Under the pieces are notes generated by a model that saw nothing but the letters and a program-made list of their open reading frames with translations, had not been told where the DNA came from and searched no databases. A DNA stretch of 64,000 nucleotides from a virus. Each line of letters starts with the position of its first letter. Positions within the stretch are counted from its first letter, which is position 1. The position numbers were made by a program, and so were the translations under genes. Where the stretch lies: IMG/VR virus record IMGVR_UViG_3300042691_053485, positions 64,001 through 128,000 of that record; one strand, written 5' to 3'. Positions 56,759-64,000 of this stretch are shown here, in pieces.

Positions 56759-56821
56759 ACTAAAACTTTTTAAATTTTCTATTCGTTTTCAAATCAAAAT
56801 CCTGCTAAATAAACCGCACCA

Positions 56822-56879
56822 GCAGGTAACACGTGCTATACGGCATTAAAACGACCGCATAGCACCATACGTTATATGT
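56822..56879 (+). other. attC-like site B (58 bp)
   Basis: GCAGGTAAC-AC-GTGCTATACGG ... CCGCATAGCAC-CATAC-GTTATATGT. Confidence 0.78.
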
Positions 56880-56898
56880 AAGTGTTCCATAGTTTGAA

Positions 56899-56926
56899 CT
56901 GCGTTTATCTGCGAACCGTTATAGGT
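56899..56926 (+). other. attC-like half site C
   Basis: CTGCGTTTATCTGCGAACC-GTTATAGGT; partner arm absent. Confidence 0.45.
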
Positions 56927-56930
56927 AATG

Positions 56931-57197
56931 CTAACTTTTATTTAAGTTGAGCCAAAGCGCGATAAATGTTTCGCGTTCCATTTGACACACTTCATTACCA
57001 TCAATATGTTTTCGATTTTCGAATATTTCCATCACTCCGCCCCCAGTAAAATACACCGAATATCGTTTCCAAGCACTATCGCCGTGAATTTTTCCAACTC
57101 TTTCAACCTTTCGTAAATCAATTATGTCCCCACAAATGTTCACAATTGGGTTTGATTTGTTCACTTCCTCAATGTTTTTTAATTTTTCAGCTTCCAT
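56931..57197 (-). CDS. Hypothetical protein
   Basis: 88 aa; its stop abuts half site C. Confidence 0.7.
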   Translation of the reverse strand: MEAEKLKNIEEVNKSNPIVNICGDIIDLRKVERVGKIHGDSAWKRYSVYFTGGGVMEIFENRKHIDGNEVCQMERETFIALWLNLNKS

Positions 57198-57214
57198 ATT
57201 TTTTCAATATTTTT

Positions 57215-58031
57215 TCATTTGAATTTATTCTCAAACTCCTTCTGCTCAGCTAACAATACCTTGTGTAACTTTAGAAGTTCATCAAACAATAAATTTGATA
57301 TCTCTTGTTTTTATAAATTGAATCCGTCGACATCAAAATTAATAAAGTATTTCTCACAACCATCCTCAGCCACTTCTTTTGTTAGAACAATGGGCTTAGA
57401 GTAGTTTTTTTTATCTGATAAAAAGTAACCTCGCTCATATTTATAAATTGTTTTGTCATCATGTGAATAATAACAGTCCTCAATAATAACAGTCCTCAAT
57501 AATAATAGATTCTGATTGGAATACTGTTCTGCCTTCCTTCCCAATAATAAATGGATAATCAAAATTTAAATCTTCAAAAGACCCAACTATCTCCCTGACG
57601 TATATTTTTTCCTGTCCATTATTAATAATCCAATATGGACAAACCATAACTTGATATTTTGCAGTTATGATTTCTTTATACAACTCAAGTTGTTGTGTAT
57701 TTAGTTTGACGTAAGGGTTAAACGTTTTTCGAGTTCGACTATCCCAATAAAGTCTGTTATCTTTTATTTCTTGAGATTGATAAACTTCAATACAACCGCT
57801 TTTATCGTACCAATGGTCTCCATATTTTCGGTCTCTGTATTCAATGACTGGAAGCCCTGACAACTTGAAATTGTCGTCAAGTCTTAAAATTTCAACTATT
57901 TGAGCTTCACTCAATGTATTTTTATAAAATGCTAACTCCACAATAATATGCTTAAAACTTATTAAAAAATCTTCCCATGTTTTCATGAGCTGTCCAGCAT
58001 TCTTCACAAACTCCATATAATGTTGAGCCAC
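57215..58031 (-). pseudogene. Hypothetical gene broken by a 16-bp tandem duplication
   Basis: AATAATAACAGTCCTC x2 (57466-57497); IIEDCYY appears in both resulting ORFs. An in-frame TAA at 57311-57313 is followed by 31 more open codons. Start uncertain. Confidence 0.7.
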
Positions 58032-58176
58032 CCCAAGGCGTTTTAATAGTGCTTGTCTTAAATCGGAGATGATTCAAAACCTTTTTACCGCAATTGGGAC
58101 AATTCTTGCAACAATTATGCTCTTCTATAGTAGATTTGAGACCTAATAGATGTCTTAGATAATTAATTTCACACAT
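57952..58176 (-). CDS. Small Zn-finger protein
   Basis: CPNC...CEEC. Confidence 0.55.
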   Translation of the reverse strand: MCEINYLRHLLGLKSTIEEHNCCKNCPNCGKKVLNHLRFKTSTIKTPWGGSTLYGVCEECWTAHENMGRFFNKF

Positions 58177-58181
58177 AGCTA

Positions 58182-58514
58182 TTAAAAGTTATAGAATTTA
58201 TTGTTGTCCCATTTAAGAGACTTTGACATATTTACCAATATTTCAATATTATCTTGTAGTTCTGATAAGGCTGCTAATTCCTCATTACATTCTTCAAAAT
58301 GTTCAGTATACTCCCCATCGAATTCCTCATCATACTTATTGAGTAAACTTTCAAGATAGTCATTAATTAATGTCTTATACTTTTCGATAACTTCTTCAAT
58401 TTTGAAGTTGTCAAGAGTTGCTTCTAACAATTTAACTTGTTCGTCTGACAAATTCATTTTCTCAAAAAGTTCATCAAACAACATATTCCTTGTAGTAATT
58501 ATTAGATTTTTCAT
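58182..58514 (-). CDS. Acidic hypothetical protein
   Basis: 110-aa ORF. Confidence 0.65.
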   Translation of the reverse strand: MKNLIITTRNMLFDELFEKMNLSDEQVKLLEATLDNFKIEEVIEKYKTLINDYLESLLNKYDEEFDGEYTEHFEECNEELAALSELQDNIEILVNMSKSLKWDNNKFYNF

Positions 58515-58618
58515 ATCGCTTATTTTAAGTGATTAAATACAAGCTGAATCAATTAGATTAACAATCAACTTATATATCAATTTGAAGTAAACAAATTATA
58601 TTAAAGGAAAGTTCAAAA

Positions 58619-58626
58619 TATTTATA
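58619..58626 (+). promoter_or_regulatory. TATTTATA putative late promoter (gp25)
   Basis: Exact motif 8 nt upstream of the ATG. Confidence 0.6.
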
Positions 58627-58633
58627 GGAAAAT

Positions 58634-59008
58634 ATGAAATTCAAGGGTATAAAATTTCCATACGAATCGGACTTATCAGGAAAGTTTTTAAAACTAAACT
58701 CAATTGACAAGGATGAAGTTAAAAGTAAAATTTCATTTCTGATGACCACTGAAAGGGGAGAAAGATTGTATAAGCCGGATTTTGGGGTAAATATTCGGCA
58801 ATTTTTGTTTGATGTGATTGACGATGAAACAATAAATGCAGTTAAAACAGAAATTACGAATGCAATTACCAAGTATATAAATGGAGTTAAGATTGAATCT
58901 GTTAAAGTTAATGTTGATGAACAATCCCACTTTTTAGGATTGTATGTTTCATATTCAATCAGCGATGGATTTTTTAAAGAAACCGATGAAATTTCACTTC
59001 TCTTTTGA
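58634..59008 (+). CDS. Baseplate wedge protein gp25-like
   Basis: LMTTERGERLYKPDFGVNI..FLFD. Confidence 0.9.
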   Translation: MKFKGIKFPYESDLSGKFLKLNSIDKDEVKSKISFLMTTERGERLYKPDFGVNIRQFLFDVIDDETINAVKTEITNAITKYINGVKIESVKVNVDEQSHFLGLYVSYSISDGFFKETDEISLLF

Positions 59009-59710
59009 GTAATAGAATTTTGCGGGGCGGCTTTGGATATATTCCTTTGATTTCACATCCATCAACGTTAATTTCCCATCGTTTTTAATCCCTGTATCTA
59101 AATTAATTAGATTTGCTCTAAAGACAGGTTTATGAGTATTTGTCGTTGAGTGCCCTATAAATATCTCCTTTATTTTATGGTCTTCATTTTTAAAGGTGAC
59201 ATTAACTTTACGCTTTTGCTCCTCTAGCGTTTTTGAGGTTTGAAACAGTTTTCGATTGCTTGCAAACCTCTTGTTATTTTGCATATCTATTGGGCGGTCA
59301 GGATTAAATCCGCCGTGCATAAAAATTTTATCCTCCTCAACATGGTAATATTTTGCCTTTGAAAAGTAGGATTCTAGTTTTGCTGCTAATTCTGAAGATT
59401 TTTTAATTTTTTCTATTGTACCCTTCCCCCCAAACTTCTCCCAGTTTTTATTTATTTTATTTGTTTTTAGGTATTCGATGATAAAAAAGTCGTGGTTACC
59501 AATTATTGGTACAAAGTTTTGAATTGAAAGGAAGAAATCAACACATAAGTCAAAGTCATCCCATCCATCCGCCAAATCTCCAAGGAAGATTAATTTATCT
59601 TCAAATGGGTTGAAGTTAACTCTTGTGATTAATTCTGCTAGAGGCGTAAATGCTCCGTGTAAATCCCCTAATACAAATGTCCTTGGTCTTCTACAACTTT
59701 TCTTAGCCAC
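58994..59710 (-). CDS. Metallophosphoesterase (Ser/Thr protein phosphatase-like)
   Basis: GDLHG, GDLADG, GNHD, HGG, GHS, DTG. Confidence 0.9.
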   Translation of the reverse strand: MAKKSCRRPRTFVLGDLHGAFTPLAELITRVNFNPFEDKLIFLGDLADGWDDFDLCVDFFLSIQNFVPIIGNHDFFIIEYLKTNKINKNWEKFGGKGTIEKIKKSSELAAKLESYFSKAKYYHVEEDKIFMHGGFNPDRPIDMQNNKRFASNRKLFQTSKTLEEQKRKVNVTFKNEDHKIKEIFIGHSTTNTHKPVFRANLINLDTGIKNDGKLTLMDVKSKEYIQSRPAKFYYSKEK

Positions 59711-59719
59711 ATCTTTTTA

Positions 59720-59751
59720 TATAAATAGTTAGCCACAAAGATATATTTATA
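59720..59751. promoter_or_regulatory. Divergent pair of TATTTATA motifs
   Basis: 59720-59727 on the - strand and 59744-59751 on the + strand. Confidence 0.6.
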
Positions 59752-59762
59752 TAAAAAAAACA

Positions 59763-59975
59763 ATGAAATGTAACCCAAATAAAAAGGATAGATGTTTCCC
59801 ATCCTCAAAAATGCTATTTAAAGCAGAAGAGTATAAGGATGGAGATGTAAATACAATTCTGACCGCTTTTTCAAATAGATTTGGACAAGCAGAACCTTCG
59901 GGGCTATTTTGGCTAACCCCTGAAGGTAACTACTGGTCTCTTCCAAATAACGAACCTTGGCTTATTGAGCCATAA
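59763..59975 (+). CDS. Small CNPNxKDxCF protein with WxxP tail
   Basis: MKCNPNKKDRCF...FWLTPEGNYWSLPNNEPWLIEP. Confidence 0.75.
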   Translation: MKCNPNKKDRCFPSSKMLFKAEEYKDGDVNTILTAFSNRFGQAEPSGLFWLTPEGNYWSLPNNEPWLIEP

Positions 59976-62900
59976 TGCCGTCTAGCGACATTGTTGCATG
60001 ATAGTTTAAGTCAGAAAATATCTCCGTAGCATATTTTTCATAGATTTCACTATCCGTTAAATCATCATCATGCTTTTCAAGTAGATTAATTCTACGTAAG
60101 GGAGTTATTGTAATTTCTGATAACTCTTCCGGGGATAGAGCTGTAATTGAATAAGTGTTTGTTTTTTTACCCTTTACACTCTTTGCCCCAACTCTCACAA
60201 AAGTGAAGTAATCGTGAATCAACCGCATTGCATTCCTTGTTGAAAGTGGATAGGATGACAAAATTGGGAGCTTCGAGCGGATTTTATTAATCTTCTTCGC
60301 AAGTTCCTCATTTGTTACTGCACGTTTCGATTCAAGCATTTCTGCACCCCACTTCATTATGTGATTGGTAAATGTTGATATCTCATTGACAATTTTTATA
60401 CCTGCCATTCGATAATGGATGCTATCGCCCTCAAGTCGCTCTTCCAAGTCAAAATATTCCTTTAATACGCCTATCGGATTTTCAGTTTCCCCGGTAATTG
60501 ATGAAACTCTTGATGAAAGTTCCTTTGGAGAAAGATAAATGTTAGTTTCGGCTTTTACTTCTTGTTTTCTAAGCTCTTTATACCAATCAAACATCTTTTT
60601 AGCAAACTTACTTGAACTATCTTTATTCTTTTTGTTTACCCCTAGTGCAAGCGAGACTTGAACGGTAATTTGCCTTGCAATTTTAGTCCAAATTCTATCA
60701 GATAGTTTGTGATTTGAAACCCAGTCGCGCATCAAAGTGAGTGCATCTTCAAAAGACATACTATTTACAAGATACTTAACCTTTGCCCGAAGAGTAACTT
60801 GTAATTGCGGCTTTTCTAAAGATTCGACCTCTTTAAGGTTTGAATCCTCGACTTTACTCACACAAGTGTCTTCACCCTCAACTTCAATATCATCCAATAT
60901 AGACAAGGCAAAAGCAATATTTTGCTCTTTCCGCTCAGCTTTAGACGTATCAAGGTAAGACTTGTCGTCAACATCTAACTTTTCAGCAATAACGATTTCA
61001 TCTTTAAAAACCCAATTATACTCATTCAAAAGAATCTTCATAAATTCAAGATTCTTTGCAGCATAATTTTTTTCCTCTTGATATGCCATATTTGCAATTG
61101 AAAGATAATCTACCTCCCAAATACCATTATTATTGCGGTATAATGCACTTTTACCGAAAATCTGCTGAGAGAACATTTTCATTGATGATTTCAGGCTTAT
61201 ACTATCACCGGATGTATAAGCTCTTGAGAACAATTCCAAACCCTCTTTTGCAGTTTTTATAAGCTTCTTTTGAATTTCAATAACATCAACATGGTCAGTA
61301 TCAACTTCTTCAGGCTTATCAATTGGCTTGTAGATGTAAATCATACTTTCCACCTTGTTCCCCTTTGTATAAACATCACGAAGTCGGTTCACAAATTGTT
61401 CCATATTAATTGCACTTTCGGGGGTAAGGAAGTGAACAGTTTTAAAGTCGCTGTTGTAGATGTTTACCCCCTCAACAACAACAGAAGTGCAGATTACAAT
61501 ATCATAAGAATCTTGAACAAGTTCATTTTCGATGAGATAATTGAAACCTTCACTTTCTTTTTGGTCTGCATTAAGTAACAAAATACGCTCCTTATTCCAA
61601 CCTTTTAACTCTAAAAAGTCGATAAGCGAACCTAATTGACCATCCTCTTTTTTATTTTGCAGGTAAATCATGTTCTTACCATTCCTTGACAGTAACTGCT
61701 CTACTGCTACAAAAAGATTGTCATATCGTATAGGTGTGCAAATCTTTTCCGGAGTTTGCTTCCAATTAGTCCTCACAATCTCAAAATTTGAAAGTGCCGG
61801 GTGTAAAACAGGAAACATTGTCCCGGTTAAAAAATTAACGGTTTTAAAAAGGTGGATATTATCTAATATGTAATTCAGTTCAAATCCACGGAACTCAGGG
61901 TTTGAGCTTACGGCAAGATTATGTTCCTCGTCAAAGAAAAGGTCATAATCTTCGATTTTTACATTTTCCCACTTCTTCATTATTTTTAAGAGATTAGGAA
62001 AACTACTATATGTACAAACAATCAGGTCATCCCCTTCTTGAACATTCTTTTTGTCCCGATAAAAAACTGATGCTTTGTATCCGATTTGAATACCCTTCAA
62101 CAATGGAATAATTGGGACTAAAATAATGCTTCTCGAACCTTGCTGAGGTTCACAAATCCAAGTAGTTTTCCCTTGACCTGTGTTACCCCAAACAATTTGA
62201 TTGTTTGCTCGCTCAAGCCCAATTTGATTGATATATTGCCCACGTTCCAAGAAATATTCCTTCTTAATGTTATATCGTTCGCGTATTTTTTCAGGGGTTA
62301 AAATCTTTACAATTCTTACGCCAAACCGCCAAGCATCTAATGTGTACACGTATTTGGCTATATCATCAAGATATTCATAGAACATATCTTCAACCCCTTG
62401 TCGCTGTTTATAAGCTACGGTATTTGAGAATTCGAAGTATTGGTCGAACTCATCTTTCAAAGACTTTAAAAACTCACATGAAGCCTCCTTTATAATCCCA
62501 AGATGTTTAGAGTTTCTTAGGATGTAGATTAAAGTTTCAATAAAGTTTGCTTGGCTTAGTCCACCAAATATACTTTGGCTATTCGAGATAATCTCTGCCA
62601 TGGTCTCATTCATTTTTCCAACAAAGGAGTCCACTCTTATCAATTTATAAGAGTTTTCAATTGCCCAAGATTCGAAACTCGACAATCTGTTTTTTACTCC
62701 CGTTTCTGTTATAGCCCTTAAAATTCCAAAGTGATAGTAGGTATCTCCATAAATCTCTTTAGCAATTTTGTAAACTTCTTTGGAAGTTTCTTGACCTTTC
62801 GAAAGAAAATCTAAAAGCTCATTTCGCAAAATACCTGCCTCTTTGGCTTTTATTGCAATCTTCTTCACTTTGTCTTGCTCACTGATGTTTGGATAGCCAA

Positions 62901-63999
62901 ATATATCTGCATACAATATTGAAAGGTACATTTTTACATTTCCGGAGAATTTTCTACCTACGGAATAAATTGTATAGTCACCAAAAGAGTTGTCGATATT
63001 TTGACACCCGAATTGCTCACCGTAATAGCTCTCAACAACATCAATGATTTCATGCTGAACAATATCAACGGTCTTGTGAGTGAAGATTGGATATGACGCA
63101 TCCTTTCCAATAAGATATTCTAATCCATATTGGAGATTTATTCCCATTTTGTTGCAAAATGTGAAGAAGTTAAAAAAGAATTTATAACCTAATCCACCAA
63201 ACCCATACTTTCCATCACGCCAAGATGAATCATTTCGATAAAATGATTCAAAGAAGTAGTCAAGTAAATCGGCGGCTATTTCAGTAGGAATAGCATCACT
63301 TTTAACCGAAGTAGTTTGAACTTCTTTATATTCTGAAGCTTCAATGGGGCTGACATCTTTATCATCACGAATAAAAATATCGGGGTCTGACGGTAAAACA
63401 TTACATCTTGTAATATCTTTCGTTTGAGGGTCAATAGTTATACCCCAATCTTTAAACATCAGATTAATTTTCTCCCAAGTTGCCTTGAAATTTTCCAGCG
63501 TCAAGTTATTTACCTTGACTAAAAAACCAAGACCATCACCACCAAAGGAGTCCCAAACTGCTTTTACAAACGGTAAACTTTTGCCACTTAGGATTTTTTT
63601 CACATAGAGCTTAGCACTTGTTATATCGGAAGCCTTCCCCCTCTCAATCAGAGAGGAAAATGTATCTACGTCAAAATAGATATATCCCGATGGAAACTGG
63701 ACTTTTTTCAGCTCTCGTTTTTCTTCAACAAAGCAATTCCATGTTACAACCCGGCATTGTGTGCTTTTGACGTGGTTATATTCATTTCTTTCAACAAATT
63801 CAAAAGCATTATGCCTCCAAACCCTGTCTTTGTGGACAAGGTTGGAGTTTTGTTTTCCCCCGAGTTTGGGGTCTGACTTAGCAAACTGTATTTTTTTTTC
63901 TTGGGGATTGTTTTGGATGTATTGTAATGCCTCCTCAATAGTGAAACTTCCGGATGGCTTAGACGACCTGTCTAGGGATGAAAAGTGGCTTATACGCAT
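59962..63999 (-). CDS. VirE-N/BT4734-like domain fused to an SF2 helicase (primase/origin-binding-like); may extend beyond the window
   Basis: YIYFDVD, WDSFGGDGLGFLVKV, IDPQTKDITRC; GNTGQGKTT, FFDEEHN, LTGT, CTSVVVEGVNI. Confidence 0.75.
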   Translation of the reverse strand: MRISHFSSLDRSSKPSGSFTIEEALQYIQNNPQEKKIQFAKSDPKLGGKQNSNLVHKDRVWRHNAFEFVERNEYNHVKSTQCRVVTWNCFVEEKRELKKVQFPSGYIYFDVDTFSSLIERGKASDITSAKLYVKKILSGKSLPFVKAVWDSFGGDGLGFLVKVNNLTLENFKATWEKINLMFKDWGITIDPQTKDITRCNVLPSDPDIFIRDDKDVSPIEASEYKEVQTTSVKSDAIPTEIAADLLDYFFESFYRNDSSWRDGKYGFGGLGYKFFFNFFTFCNKMGINLQYGLEYLIGKDASYPIFTHKTVDIVQHEIIDVVESYYGEQFGCQNIDNSFGDYTIYSVGRKFSGNVKMYLSILYADIFGYPNISEQDKVKKIAIKAKEAGILRNELLDFLSKGQETSKEVYKIAKEIYGDTYYHFGILRAITETGVKNRLSSFESWAIENSYKLIRVDSFVGKMNETMAEIISNSQSIFGGLSQANFIETLIYILRNSKHLGIIKEASCEFLKSLKDEFDQYFEFSNTVAYKQRQGVEDMFYEYLDDIAKYVYTLDAWRFGVRIVKILTPEKIRERYNIKKEYFLERGQYINQIGLERANNQIVWGNTGQGKTTWICEPQQGSRSIILVPIIPLLKGIQIGYKASVFYRDKKNVQEGDDLIVCTYSSFPNLLKIMKKWENVKIEDYDLFFDEEHNLAVSSNPEFRGFELNYILDNIHLFKTVNFLTGTMFPVLHPALSNFEIVRTNWKQTPEKICTPIRYDNLFVAVEQLLSRNGKNMIYLQNKKEDGQLGSLIDFLELKGWNKERILLLNADQKESEGFNYLIENELVQDSYDIVICTSVVVEGVNIYNSDFKTVHFLTPESAINMEQFVNRLRDVYTKGNKVESMIYIYKPIDKPEEVDTDHVDVIEIQKKLIKTAKEGLELFSRAYTSGDSISLKSSMKMFSQQIFGKSALYRNNNGIWEVDYLSIANMAYQEEKNYAAKNLEFMKILLNEYNWVFKDEIVIAEKLDVDDKSYLDTSKAERKEQNIAFALSILDDIEVEGEDTCVSKVEDSNLKEVESLEKPQLQVTLRAKVKYLVNSMSFEDALTLMRDWVSNHKLSDRIWTKIARQITVQVSLALGVNKKNKDSSSKFAKKMFDWYKELRKQEVKAETNIYLSPKELSSRVSSITGETENPIGVLKEYFDLEERLEGDSIHYRMAGIKIVNEISTFTNHIMKWGAEMLESKRAVTNEELAKKINKIRSKLPILSSYPLSTRNAMRLIHDYFTFVRVGAKSVKGKKTNTYSITALSPEELSEITITPLRRINLLEKHDDDLTDSEIYEKYATEIFSDLNYHATMSLDGIMAQ

Positions 64000-64000
64000 G

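Overview
The window is a gene-dense, AT-rich segment of a jumbo contractile-tailed (myo-type) phage with T4-like modules. The host is probably Bacteroidota, inferred from a signal-peptide Ig-like moron, a SPOR-like moron, a VirE-N domain, SD-less A-rich starts and a perfect TGTTCCACGTGGAACA parS. Structural genes: neck, tail terminator, sheath, tube, tail chaperone, tape measure, baseplate/hub proteins with OmpA-like and M15 peptidase domains, and gp25. Replication genes: PolB, SNF2 helicase, SSB, 5'-3' exonuclease, DnaB, class II RNR and a VirE-N/SF2 helicase. The left accessory region has two double glycosyltransferases, a serine hydrolase, six LRR paralogues and a tnpB-only IS607-like element. 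Main discoveries: (1) an integron-like cassette array at 55.1-56.9 kb with attC-like hairpins whose cores show the swapped complementarity expected of integrated cassettes, carrying an ADP-ribosyltransferase and a DNA methylase, each bracketed by its own perfect inverted repeat; (2) an expanding LRR family with invariant scaffold and hypervariable surface codons; (3) a chromosomal-type parS in the tail operon; (4) a TATTTATA late-promoter regulon whose accessory products share (I/L)xE leaders resembling prohead-protease/capsid-targeting signals; (5) unannotated small modular Cys proteins. All calls come from manual motif reading; no database searches were run.
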